Source: Candidatus Limnocylindria bacterium
Lineage (GTDB): Bacteria; Chloroflexota; Limnocylindria; QHBO01
Reading direction: 5' to 3'
Assembly (NCBI GenBank): GCA_038209995.1
Contig: JBBQXD010000010.1
Coordinates: forward strand, 10,245 to 74,244
DNA: 64,000 nt
Numbering within the stretch: position 1 is the stretch's first letter; every line of letters starts with the position of its first letter. The notes under the pieces are model-generated. The model was given only the letters and a program-made list of their open reading frames with translations. It was not told the origin of the DNA and did not search any database. Below are positions 19,212 through 28,767 of the stretch, in pieces. The translations under genes were made by a program, and so were the position numbers.

Positions 19212-19895
19212 TCAGGGCTGAACCGCGATCGTGCCCTTCATGCCGGCCTCGTAGTGGCCGGGCGCGTGGCAGGCGAAGGCGAACGGACCCGGTCCCTCGA
19301 AGGTGTAGGTGACCGACTTCGTGCCCATCATCCCGATGTCGGCAACCTCGGGCGTGCCCTCGGTGTCGGCGGCGACGTCGGCGGCGGGCCCAACCATGAA
19401 TTCGTGGGCAGTCCAGCCCATCGTCGTAACCTCGAAGGTGATTGTCTCGCCTGCGGCGATCGACACGACGTCGGGGTAGAAGCGCAGGGCCGGTCCGGCG
19501 ACGATCCGGACGACCCGTGGCGCGGCGACGGTCCCGGCCGCGAAGCCCGGTGCGGCCGGGTCGACCGATGCTGGACCGGGTCGCGGCCAGGCGCCGGCGA
19601 ACGTGAGCCCGCTCAGGACAAGAAGCGCGATCAGCGAGAGGACCGCCAGCCCTCCGCCCAGCCGAGCCATCCCACCTGTCCGCGATGGTGCTCCCAGCCG
19701 TGCCCGCATCTTCGCGTACTCGTCGGCATCGATCTCGCCCCGAGCCATTCGTCCGGCGAGGATCGCGCCCGGTTCGTCCCGCACCGACCGGCCGCGTGCG
19801 AACAGGATCAGGCCGGCGATGAAGCCGATCAAAGCGACGGCGCCAGCGAGCCAGAGCCAGGCGAAGCTCATGGTCGGTCCGGTTCCGAACATCAT
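19212..19895 (-). CDS. Membrane-anchored SHOCT + cupredoxin (type 1 copper) protein
   Basis: RMARGEIDADEY (SHOCT); type 1 Cu ligands in AHEFM...ACHAPGHYEAGM. Confidence 0.88.
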   Translation of the reverse strand: MMFGTGPTMSFAWLWLAGAVALIGFIAGLILFARGRSVRDEPGAILAGRMARGEIDADEYAKMRARLGAPSRTGGMARLGGGLAVLSLIALLVLSGLTFAGAWPRPGPASVDPAAPGFAAGTVAAPRVVRIVAGPALRFYPDVVSIAAGETITFEVTTMGWTAHEFMVGPAADVAADTEGTPEVADIGMMGTKSVTYTFEGPGPFAFACHAPGHYEAGMKGTIAVQP

Positions 19896-19979
19896 CGTGG
19901 TCACCTCGTGATGCAGAAGGTCCAGACCCGGCCGGGGAAGGGTCACCGGCCGGACCTGGCCGCAGTGGCAGGATGTTGC

Positions 19980-20504
19980 CTAGGGCTGGGCGGGGTGCCC
20001 CAAACGCTCGGCCCGTGTCACAAGGAGCAGACCACCACCGACCGCGAGGACGAGGACGACCGCGATGATCCCGAGCTCCAGGCCGGACCGATTCCGAGGC
20101 GTCACCGTCGCCGTCGATTCGTTCTTGGGCTCGGGATTGGCCGCACCGGCGGCGGCTGTGACCGTCAGGTTCGTCGTCAACGTCTCATCGCCGATCGCCT
20201 GGAACGTATATGTCCCGGCCGGGAGGTGATCCGGGATCGTGAGCGTGACGTTGAACATCCCATCGGCATCGGTGGTCGCCGTCGGGAAGGGGACGACGAC
20301 GTCGGGACCCACGAGGTTGATCTGCCGATCGCTGTTGGGCTCGAGCCCTGTGCCGGCGAGCACGACTGTGCCGCCAGCGGTGACCTGAGCCGGTTCAACG
20401 GAGATTCCTGAAGCCTCCCCGCCAGAGTGGGCGAAGGCTGGAAGCGCAAGAGCGAAGGCGAGCGCGACGGAGGTCGCCGCGGCTCGGAGCAAGCGGCTAG
20501 ACAT
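19980..20504 (-). CDS. Exported Ig-like protein with N-terminal His and C-terminal TM anchor
   Basis: Signal peptide ending AFA-HS; beta-rich domain; C-terminal hydrophobic helix. Confidence 0.7.
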   Translation of the reverse strand: MSSRLLRAAATSVALAFALALPAFAHSGGEASGISVEPAQVTAGGTVVLAGTGLEPNSDRQINLVGPDVVVPFPTATTDADGMFNVTLTIPDHLPAGTYTFQAIGDETLTTNLTVTAAAGAANPEPKNESTATVTPRNRSGLELGIIAVVLVLAVGGGLLLVTRAERLGHPAQP

Positions 20505-20700
20505 GGCGGGAGACCTCCTTGTCGGCGCGCCCCTCGAGGAGCGGGACGATGAAGCCCGCGGACCCAGCGACGAGCAGGACGAGCGCCAGGCCGAACTGGA
20601 CAAGGGCCGCGGGGTTACCGTGAGCGAACGAGTCGAGGCCCATCTGGCCAAGACCCAGGCCGGCGGCGAGCAAGGCGAGGCGGAAGAGGATCACGCTCAT
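20497..20700 (-). CDS. Small 2-TM membrane protein
   Basis: Starts 1 nt after the cytochrome b stop and overlaps the next gene; carries the AAGGAGG RBS for it. Confidence 0.6.
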   Translation of the reverse strand: MSVILFRLALLAAGLGLGQMGLDSFAHGNPAALVQFGLALVLLVAGSAGFIVPLLEGRADKEVSRHV

Positions 20701-20701
20701 G

Positions 20702-21784
20702 TCACATGTTCCCGATGTGCGACTGCGGGGCCGTCACGTTCGCATAGACGACGAGGGCAACGAGCCCGACGACGACGACCGCCCCGATCACCATGAACGC
20801 TCGTCGCCGAGCCGGTGACCGATACGGGCTGCGATCAATGAACGGCAGCATGGCAAGTGCACCGAACAGGATCGCCGGGACCCAGATCAGCGCCGCCAGG
20901 CCGAACCAGTCCTCAAACGGGTAGAACGGCAGAAACATCCAGGGCGGCTTGGTGGTCTCGGTGCCGGGGATCGGCCGCGGACCGAGCGTCGCCGGCAGGA
21001 AGATGGCGAGGACTGTCGTGACGGCGAGGATGAGCAGCCCAAATCCGGCCATCCGGACAAGGTGAGCTGTGAACGTCGATCCGCTCTTCGAGGGGGCCGG
21101 GCCGCCTTCGACCGCCGCGTCAGCCGCGGCAGGAAGTGACGAGATCCCATGGCGCTTGACGAGCAGGAAGTGGGCGATGAGCAGGAGCGCCCCGAGGGCC
21201 GGCAGGATGACCACGTGGGCCATGTAGAGGCGACCAAGGATCGGCAAGCTCGCCTCGAAGTCATTGCTGAACCAGAAGCCGAAGGCCCCCAGGAGACTGC
21301 CGGCCTCGACGTTGTGGCCGAGGGCCTCGTAGCCCTCCTGGTCCCACTTCATGACCGTGCCGGTGAAGATGAGGCCCATCGTGATCGCGAGGAGCCCGAG
21401 GCCGATCAGCCAGTTCACCTCGCGCGGGCGCTTGAACGAGCCGGTCACGAAGATCCGGCCGAGATGGAGCAGGACCGTGGCCATGACGATGTTCGAGGTC
21501 CAGTAGTGGATCCCGCGCACGATGTCGCCGGCTGGAGCGACGTTCATGATGTAAACGACGCTCTCGCGCGCCGCCTCGGGGGTCGGGTGGTAGAACTGGG
21601 CGAGCCAGATCCCCGTGGCGGCAAGGATCAGGAAGCCGAAGAACGTGATCCCACCCAGGATGTAGCCGATGCCGTTGGCGTGGGCCGGGACCGGGTACGC
21701 CAGGCCCGACAGGCCAAGACGCTCGTCAATCGCGGCCCACGCGCGGCCCCAGCGCGTCTGCGCCGGTGGCGACACCGTGGCCAT
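20702..21784 (-). CDS. Cytochrome b/b6-family protein (N- and C-terminal domains fused)
   Basis: Four heme His in RGIHYW...LLHLG and AHVV...IAH; GSFKRPREVNW and FTGTVMKWDQ. Confidence 0.9.
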   Translation of the reverse strand: MATVSPPAQTRWGRAWAAIDERLGLSGLAYPVPAHANGIGYILGGITFFGFLILAATGIWLAQFYHPTPEAARESVVYIMNVAPAGDIVRGIHYWTSNIVMATVLLHLGRIFVTGSFKRPREVNWLIGLGLLAITMGLIFTGTVMKWDQEGYEALGHNVEAGSLLGAFGFWFSNDFEASLPILGRLYMAHVVILPALGALLLIAHFLLVKRHGISSLPAAADAAVEGGPAPSKSGSTFTAHLVRMAGFGLLILAVTTVLAIFLPATLGPRPIPGTETTKPPWMFLPFYPFEDWFGLAALIWVPAILFGALAMLPFIDRSPYRSPARRRAFMVIGAVVVVGLVALVVYANVTAPQSHIGNM

Positions 21785-21931
21785 ATGAGGTTCCCTTCCG
21801 CCCGTCGGCGGACCCGTCTCCCTTGGGCGGGTCGGTCGGGGCCTTGTCGCGGATCACCGCGGTGCGGCCAGCACAGGGCCGGCCAATCGGACGCTACCGC
21901 CGAAAGAATAGCGGGTCAATGGAGCGCGATA

Positions 21932-21958
21932 CAAGCCTCCCTCAAGATTGGGTCAAGC
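21932..21958. promoter_or_regulatory. Putative OmpR-family response-regulator site, copy 2
   Basis: CAAGCCTCCCTCAAGATTGGGTCAAG upstream of the cytochrome b operon. Confidence 0.7.
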
Positions 21959-23077
21959 AGGCCCTTGGAATTCCCCAGCCCATGCGACGGCCGGCAGGGC
22001 CACCGAGAAGGTCGCGCCAGTGCCCGGGCCGTCCGAGTCCGCCCAAGCCCGACCGTCCATTGCCTCGGCCAGGGCTCGGACGATCGCGAGACCGATACCC
22101 GAACCGCCGAGAGCCCGCGACCGCGACGGGTCGATCCTGTAGAAGCGCTCGAAGACCTGGCTGCGCTGCTCGCTGGTGAGGCCGGGGCCATGGTCCTGGA
22201 CGGAGATGACCGCGGGCGAGCCCGCTCGGGCCGCCACCGACACCGCCGACCCCTCGGGACTGTAGCGCAGGGCATTCGTCAGGTAATTCGTGACGATCTG
22301 CGCGAGCCGGCCGCGATCGGCCCGGACGAGGAGTGGCTCCATCGGAACGTCCGCCGCGACGGTAATCTGTCGCGCCGCAGCGATCGGGATCACGCGTTCG
22401 ACGACCTCGCGTGCGACCGCGGCGGCGTCGACGGGCTCGATCTTCAGCGGCAGCTGTCGCGCCTCCGCGCGCCAGAGATCCTGAAGGTCGTTCACCAGAC
22501 GAGTGAGACGAGAGGTTTCGCTCCGCAGGAGCCTCCAGGTCTCTGGTGTTGGGGCGACGACCCCGTCCTCGAGACCTTCGAGATAGCCGTCCAGCGTCGA
22601 GAGCGGGGTCCGGAGCTCGTGCGCCACGTCGCCGACCAGCTGAAGACGGCGCTGTTCCGTGGCCTCGAGCGATCCGGTCATCGCGTTGAAGGACTCCCCG
22701 AGTTCGCCCAGTTCGCCAGTCCCGCCCGCGGGCACCCGCTCCGCGTAGTGGCCGTGCGATATGCGTCGCGCCGCCGCGGCCAGGCGGATGACCGGCCCGG
22801 CGATCGCGGACGAGATGGCGAGGCTGACAACAACGGACGTGACGACAGCGATGATGCCAGCCGCCAACAGCGCGCTCCGGACGGCGTCGTCGAAGGCCAG
22901 CCTGGTGGCTGCATCCATGGCCGCACCAGCCGGATCACCCGGACGATGGCCCATGGCCTGCGAGAAGTACCCAGGCCCGACGAGGCTTACGGCCACCACG
23001 ACCGTGCCGAGCCCAGCTCCTGCGACGACGAGGTTCGCCAGGAGCAGCCGGCTTCGGAGCGAGCTCGGGAGACGCAT
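21953..23077 (-). CDS. HAMP-domain sensor histidine kinase (BaeS/CopS-like)
   Basis: VAHELRTP H-box, NYLTNALRY, DHGPG, FERFYR and GGSGIGL. Confidence 0.95.
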   Translation of the reverse strand: MRLPSSLRSRLLLANLVVAGAGLGTVVVAVSLVGPGYFSQAMGHRPGDPAGAAMDAATRLAFDDAVRSALLAAGIIAVVTSVVVSLAISSAIAGPVIRLAAAARRISHGHYAERVPAGGTGELGELGESFNAMTGSLEATEQRRLQLVGDVAHELRTPLSTLDGYLEGLEDGVVAPTPETWRLLRSETSRLTRLVNDLQDLWRAEARQLPLKIEPVDAAAVAREVVERVIPIAAARQITVAADVPMEPLLVRADRGRLAQIVTNYLTNALRYSPEGSAVSVAARAGSPAVISVQDHGPGLTSEQRSQVFERFYRIDPSRSRALGGSGIGLAIVRALAEAMDGRAWADSDGPGTGATFSVALPAVAWAGEFQGPA

Positions 23078-23751
23078 CAGGATGTTTCGGTGAGGCGATA
23101 GCCGACGCCACGGACGGTGTCAATGAAGCCCTCGCCGATCTTGCGGCGAAGGTTGGCGACGTGGACGTCGACCAGATGATCGTCCCCGACGTACTCCGGT
23201 CCCCAGACGCGATCGAGGAGCTGGCTCCGGCTGATGACCACGCCGGGATCACGCGCCAACGCCGCGAGGATGTCGAACTCGGTCGTCGTTAGCGGAGCAA
23301 CAACCCCGCGGGCAGTGACGACGCGACGTGCGACATCGACGATGAGATCGTCGCGGATCGGGGCCTGAGCGGCGACTCGCGGCCGGCGCAAGAGCGCCTT
23401 GACGCGAGCGACCAGCTCGCGCGGGGAGAATGGCTTAACGAGGTAGTCATCCGCTCCAACGGAGAGCCCGACGATCCGATCGATCTCCTCCGAGCGGGCG
23501 GTGAGCATCAAGACGTAGGCGTCCGAGAACGTCCGGATCTGGCGGCAAACCTCCATGCCATCCATCCCCGGGAGCATCAGATCGAGGACGACGACGTCGG
23601 GTCGCTCGGTTCGGACGATCTCGACGGCATCGCTGCCATCCGAAGCGACCCTTACTTCATAGCCTTCGCGTTCGAGGTAGCCACGCACGAGCTCGACGAT
23701 CGGCGGCTCATCGTCGACGACAAGGATCTTGACCCTGGCACTCGCATTCAT
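23077..23751 (-). CDS. OmpR/PhoB-family response regulator
   Basis: ILVVDDE, LDLMLP, GADDYLVKPF and TVRGVGY; start could be 23769. Confidence 0.95.
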   Translation of the reverse strand: MNASARVKILVVDDEPPIVELVRGYLEREGYEVRVASDGSDAVEIVRTERPDVVVLDLMLPGMDGMEVCRQIRTFSDAYVLMLTARSEEIDRIVGLSVGADDYLVKPFSPRELVARVKALLRRPRVAAQAPIRDDLIVDVARRVVTARGVVAPLTTTEFDILAALARDPGVVISRSQLLDRVWGPEYVGDDHLVDVHVANLRRKIGEGFIDTVRGVGYRLTETS

Positions 23752-23997
23752 CGTTCCACTATTGTCCACGAGCAGCCGAGCACGGAGCAGTGCCCCCTCG
23801 CGTCGATCGATGCCGCCGCATCCCTACTCGTCGGGCGACCATCACGGCCAGCTTGCGATCTCCGCGATTGCTCGATCCGAAACGTTCCGTCGCGCGACTC
23901 CGTCATCGAGCGGCCCTCAAGACAGCCTGGAGACAGGCGAGCCTTACGATCAACTCCTTGGCACGGCAGCGAGGAGTCCGCCATGGGCGCGAATCCC

Positions 23998-24292
23998 GGT
24001 GATCTGGAGGTCGACGTCGCGCGCCAAGAGGTCGGCCTGCGGGGCGAGCGTCTCGAACTGACGCCGACCGAATACAAGCTCCTCTATCACCTGGTCCGGA
24101 GTGCCGGGCATATCCTCCGGCACGGGACCCTGCTCGCGAAGGTCGGGGGTCGCGAATACGTCGACGAGGTGGACTACATCGGGTCTACATCCGCCGGCTT
24201 CGCGAGAAGCTCGGCGACAACCCCGATAACCCGAGGTACAGGCGGACGAACGCGGGCTGGGCTACCGATTCGCGGCCGATGAGCCCGCCTGA
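23998..24292 (+). pseudogene. KdpE/OmpR-type winged-helix remnant (frameshifted, receiver domain absent)
   Basis: LTPTEYKLLYHL, then VYIRRLREKLGD and RGLGYRF in shifted frames. Confidence 0.8.
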
Positions 24293-24355
24293 CGTTCCCG
24301 GAATCTGGGCGGTGGGAGCTCCCGAATCGGTCTGCTAAACTCGATCCCCGGCCGC

Positions 24356-24430
24356 TGGGGTGTGGCCAAGCGGTAAGGCGCCTGACTCTGGATCAGGAGA
24401 TCGAAGGTTCGAATCCTTCCGCCCCAGCCA
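24356..24430 (+). tRNA. tRNA-Gln (anticodon CTG)
   Basis: TGGGGTGTGGCCAAGCGGTAAGGCG-CCTGA-CTCTGGA-TCAGG...GGTTCGAATCC...CCCCAGCCA; complete cloverleaf with encoded CCA. Confidence 0.97.
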
Positions 24431-24829
24431 ATCTGACGCCGACACCACAACAGGTTGTGGTCGCTGCTTCGCTCGGCGCAGATGTTGTGTCCTCTGCTTG
24501 AGCGGCGGACCCCCGGTGGAGGGCCGCAACCGTGCAAAGGACACCTCCCTTTGAGGTCTGCCTGTTCCCGTTGGCCTCAGCCTGTGTAGATCGAGTACCC
24601 TAGAGCGCTTGCGATCCTCCCGTACTGCATCCCGTAGCAAGTCCGATTATCTGAAGATCTGGCGTTGACGGTCCCTCGGATGCCGATCTGGGGCGGGCTC
24701 GTCGTCCACTTGAAATAGAAGGGTCCCCTGGAATCGCCATCTCGCACGTCGCAGACGCCGGACCGCGACCACACGATGAGGTGGAGTACCCAAGCGGTGA
24801 CGCCGCAGAAGTCCGCCCACCAAGACCCC

Positions 24830-25043
24830 TCGCGCGCACGACGCGGACCGTTGAGTCGAACGTCTGGCCCATCGCCTTCGAGACGTAGCGATACCTGGCG
24901 CCGGCCTGGCCGGGCTGGCCGTCCACCAGCGTGGTCGTCTGCATGTTGCTCTGCCAGCGCGGCCAGTTCTCCAGATCCGCGAGGAAGCGGAACACCTTGT
25001 CCGGCGCGGCGCGCACGACGCCGCTGACGTTGACATCCACCAT
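24830..25043 (-). pseudogene. SRPBCC/polyketide cyclase family gene, 3'-truncated
   Basis: VRAAPDKVFRFLADLENWPRW...GARYRY; similarity is lost after about 70 aa. Confidence 0.65.
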
Positions 25044-25181
25044 CTGTCTCGTGATAGACGCGGGCATCGCCGCTGACGAGCATCCGGGCTGGATCCTTGG
25101 CCTTGCTGTCTTCACCGAGCTCAAGTGCGCGGTGTGAGGCGCGCAGCGCTGTCGAGGGGAAGCTGGCAGTATGGTCGACTG

Positions 25182-25658
25182 ATGAGCCGGACCTCGGCGC
25201 CCGCTCTGCGCGGTACGCTCCTCGGGGCCCTGCTGCGGCTGTGGAACCCGCTGATGCGACGTCTGCTCGACTCGCCCATGCACTGGCCGCTGAGCCGCTG
25301 GTTCGCGGTGCTGGCCTGGAGTGGTCGGAAGACCGGCCGACGCTACTCCACGCCGGTCTCGTACGTGCGCGAGGGACCGACGGCCTACGTGACGACCGGG
25401 GATCGCTGGTGGCGGAATCTCACCGATGGCGCACCGGTCGCGATGCGGATCGCGGGTCGTTGGCAGCAGGGGAGCGCCCTGCCGCTGACCGATCTGGCGG
25501 AGCGCCGTACTGAGCACGAACGCCTGTTCCGCTCCCACCCCTGGTTTCGGCGGCTGGCCGGGATTCCGGCGGGACGCGATGGCGGTCCCGATGCCACCGC
25601 CCTCGACCGCGCAGTAGCAGCCGGACGTGTCCTCGTCCGCATTGCGCTGAAGGACTGA
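25182..25658 (+). CDS. Deazaflavin-dependent nitroreductase-like (split-barrel) protein
   Basis: NPLMRRLLDSP, GRKTGRRYSTPV and WWRNL motifs. Confidence 0.75.
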   Translation: MSRTSAPALRGTLLGALLRLWNPLMRRLLDSPMHWPLSRWFAVLAWSGRKTGRRYSTPVSYVREGPTAYVTTGDRWWRNLTDGAPVAMRIAGRWQQGSALPLTDLAERRTEHERLFRSHPWFRRLAGIPAGRDGGPDATALDRAVAAGRVLVRIALKD

Positions 25659-25731
25659 TGTCGGCCATTCAGCGACAAGGTTCGAATCCTTCCGTCCCCA
25701 GCCAATCCTCGATCGGCCAATCGCGAGACCG

Positions 25732-26021
25732 ATGATGCCCGAATCCGACGATGCTGCATGGGAGATGCGCCTGGTGTGGGAGTCCATCGACGAGCGCGAG
25801 CCCGACGACTTCGTCGCGCGCATGAGCGGCCTGGTCGCCGAGCTGCCGCCTGAAAGCCCGATCGGTGCGTTTGAATGCGCTGCGGCGCTCGACTCGACCG
25901 GCCGCTCCGACCTCGCCGTATCTCTCTACGAACGTGCGCTGTCACTGGGTCGCACCTGCCGCGCTATCAGCGTTCGTTGGGCGCCTACGCGCGGCTCCTC
26001 GGCGACCGGGACTCGTCGTGA
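25732..26021 (+). pseudogene. Tetratricopeptide-repeat protein gene with internal deletion
   Basis: FECAAALDSTGRSDLAVSLYERAL joined out of frame to the C-terminal HLPRYQRSLGAYARLL. Confidence 0.65.
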
Positions 26022-26138
26022 CGGAGGCTCGAGACCACGGCGGAGGGGCGCATCGTCAGGAAGGTGACGCTGCGGGGCGCGAGGATCATCGGTCCTGCCG
26101 GCACGAGGCATTCAATCGCGAGCGGTCGAACACCATCC

Positions 26139-26753
26139 TCACGCCTCCACCAGCGGCAGGTCCACGACGTGCTCGGCGACAAACCAGACCTGCAGCTCGT
26201 GGCGCCGGAGCACATCGCCCATCAGAAGGTCGTTCGAGCCCCAGTCCTCCGATTCCTCGGTCTTGGTGATGGCGGCGCGGACCTTCTCGATCACGATCTC
26301 ATGCGCATCGAGGAGCCGATGGATCATGGCGGGCACGTCCTCGGCGCCATCCGGCGGGCGCTCGAGCGACGTCAGCTCTGCCGCGTGGCGCGGATCGCCG
26401 ACCGCGATGCCGCCGAGGCTCTGGATTCGCTCGGCGAGAAGGTCGATCAGCTCCGTCTGCTCTTCCGCGTGCTTGTCGAACAGCAGGTGGAGCTGATAGA
26501 AGGTCGGGCCAGCGACGAGCCAGTGATGCTTCTTGTACAGCGCCGCCAGGATCATCGAGTCGGCCAGGATCCCATTGAGGAGCTGACCGCTTTCGCGCCG
26601 GGCCTCCGCGGACAGGGCGATCGGCAGGAGGCGAAGGGTGCCGAACTTCTGGACCTCGACGCCCAATGTCGCGAGGCGCGGCTCCGGGGATCGGCCGCGG
26701 GCGCGGCCCCCGCTGCTCATGCGCTGATCGCGCTTCGACGTTCGGTTCGGCAT
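26139..26753 (-). CDS. dps: Dps family DNA starvation/stationary-phase protection protein
   Basis: YKKHHWLVAGPTFYQLHLLFD, DLLAERI and HELQVWF; GAAGGAG RBS. Confidence 0.92.
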   Translation of the reverse strand: MPNRTSKRDQRMSSGGRARGRSPEPRLATLGVEVQKFGTLRLLPIALSAEARRESGQLLNGILADSMILAALYKKHHWLVAGPTFYQLHLLFDKHAEEQTELIDLLAERIQSLGGIAVGDPRHAAELTSLERPPDGAEDVPAMIHRLLDAHEIVIEKVRAAITKTEESEDWGSNDLLMGDVLRRHELQVWFVAEHVVDLPLVEA

Positions 26754-27175
26754 GGGATCTCCTTCAACTGGGGCGGTCCAGCTCGCTCGAAGACCTTCTG
26801 GTGATGTGGGGCACGGCAACTGGCGCGCCCGATCGGGTGGTGGGATGCGGCGGCTTTCGGTGAAGGGTCGCGCCGCACCGGCCAGCCGGAAACGACAGGA
26901 TAGGGCGGCCTCGGGGCGCGTCGCGGCAGCGAGTCGGCTGGGCCGGTAGGTCGAGCATCCGACGACCCTCCGCCAAGCAGGCGCGCGCGACCGTCGCTGA
27001 GCTGGAAGACGAGCAGGTCGTCGACGTGGAGCCCGGCGGCGATGTCACCCGCAGTGGCGGCGCTCGACCCGTTCATGCGGCGCGAGCATGGAGCGTGGTG
27101 CGGCGGTGCGTGATGGTCCGATCGGCTATCGGACGAGGTGGTACCTGCGCCAGAGCGGCGCGTAGACTCGCGCTC

Positions 27176-28744
27176 GTGATCGTGCGCAGCCCTCTCCCCG
27201 ACGTGGCGATCCCGGACGCCACCCTCGCCGAGTTCGTCCTCCAGCGCGCCGCCGCCCTCGCCGACAAGCCGGCGCTCATCGACGGACCGAGCGGCCGGAC
27301 TCTCACCTACGGCGGCCTGGCGGCCGGCGTCGAGCGGCTGGCGGCCGGGCTGGCGGCCCGCGGCCACCGGCGTGGCGACGTCATCGGCCTGTTCGCACCG
27401 AACATCCCCGAATACGCCCTCGCGTTCCTCGCCATCGCCCGTCTGGGCGGCGTCATCACCACCTTCAACTCCCTCGCCACGCCCGATGACCTGGCCCAGC
27501 AGCTGCGGGACGCCGGTGCGCGCGCCATCGTCACCGTGCCGTCCTTCCTCGACCGGGCGCTGCCCGCGGCTGACGCGGCAGTCGTCCCGGACCGCTACGT
27601 GATCGGGGACGCCGAGGGCGCCGTCCCAATCGCCTCGCTGATGACCGATGGCGGCGCGGCGCACGACGGCCCGGCGTCGCCCGACGACCTCGTGGTGCTT
27701 CCGTATTCGAGCGGCACCACCGGTCTGCCGAAGGGCGTCATGCTCACCCACCGCAACCTTGTCGGCAACGTGCTGCAGGTAGGCGTCCAGCAGGACGTGC
27801 GGCCCGACGAGCGGATGATCGGCATCCTCCCGTTCTTTCACATCTACGGCATGACGGTGGTCATGAACCTCGCCCTCTCGCGCGGCGCGACGATCGTCAC
27901 CATGCCGCGCTTCGAGCTCGATGGGTTCCTCGACCTCATGGAGCGGCATCGGATCACGCGCGCGATGCTCGTGCCGCCGATCATCCTGGCCCTCGCCAGG
28001 CACCCCGCGGTCGAGGGCCGAGATTTCTCGGCACTCGAGCTCATCATGTCGGGAGCCGCGCCGCTCGACGCGGCAATCGAGGTGGCGTGCGCGAAGCGCC
28101 TCAGTTGCCTCGTGGTGCAGGGCTACGGGATGACCGAGGCGAGCCCGGTCACGCACGCCACCTCGGATCGCCGCGGCGAGGCGAAGCCGGGCAGCATCGG
28201 TCCATTGCTCCCGAACACCGAGGCGCGGATCGTCGATGTCGGGACCGGCGCCGACCTCGGGACCGACACCGACGGCGAGCTGCTGGTCCGCGGCCCGCAG
28301 GTCATGCGCGGCTATCTCGGCAACCCGGAGGCGACCGCGCGCACGATCGACGCCGAGGGCTGGCTCCACAGCGGCGACGTGGCGCGCGTCGACGCCGAGG
28401 GCTACTTCACGATCGTCGACCGGCTCAAGGAGCTCATCAAGTTCAAGGGCTACCAGGTCGCCCCCGCCGAGCTCGAGGCAGTGCTCATCGGCCATCCGGC
28501 AGTGACCGATGCCGCCGTCGTTCCGATCCGCGACGACGAGGCGGGCGAAGTGCCGAAGGCCTTCGTCGTCCTTGCCTCGGAGGTCAGCCCCGAGGAGCTG
28601 CTGGCCTACGTCGCGGGGCGCGTGGCGCCGTACAAGCGGATCCGGCAGGTGGAGGTGATCGACGCCATCCCCAGGTCGGCGTCCGGGAAGATCCTGCGTC
28701 GCGAGCTCGTCGAGCGGGAGCGCGCCGCCGCCCGCACCGCCTGA
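27176..28744 (+). CDS. AMP-binding enzyme, 4-coumarate-CoA ligase-like
   Basis: YSSGTTGLPKG, QGYGMTE, DRLKELIKFKGYQVAPAELE and SGKILRR. Confidence 0.93.
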   Translation: MIVRSPLPDVAIPDATLAEFVLQRAAALADKPALIDGPSGRTLTYGGLAAGVERLAAGLAARGHRRGDVIGLFAPNIPEYALAFLAIARLGGVITTFNSLATPDDLAQQLRDAGARAIVTVPSFLDRALPAADAAVVPDRYVIGDAEGAVPIASLMTDGGAAHDGPASPDDLVVLPYSSGTTGLPKGVMLTHRNLVGNVLQVGVQQDVRPDERMIGILPFFHIYGMTVVMNLALSRGATIVTMPRFELDGFLDLMERHRITRAMLVPPIILALARHPAVEGRDFSALELIMSGAAPLDAAIEVACAKRLSCLVVQGYGMTEASPVTHATSDRRGEAKPGSIGPLLPNTEARIVDVGTGADLGTDTDGELLVRGPQVMRGYLGNPEATARTIDAEGWLHSGDVARVDAEGYFTIVDRLKELIKFKGYQVAPAELEAVLIGHPAVTDAAVVPIRDDEAGEVPKAFVVLASEVSPEELLAYVAGRVAPYKRIRQVEVIDAIPRSASGKILRRELVERERAAARTA

Positions 28745-28767
28745 CGCTTTGTCCGGCCCTCTCACGC

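Larger units (their letters stand above)
24404..25707. mobile_element. tRNA-Gln-integrated islet remnant bounded by a direct repeat of the tRNA 3' end
   Basis: AAGGTTCGAATCCTTCCG(T)CCCCAGCCAATC at 24404-24433 and 25677-25707; no integrase inside. Confidence 0.75.

Noticed and set aside
18100-26100. Intact prophage, ICE or IS element
   Set aside because: No integrase, transposase, relaxase or phage structural genes found
26820-27170. Possible gene fragment (DIAAGLHVDDLLVFQL...) on the minus strand
   Set aside because: Too short and degraded to assign
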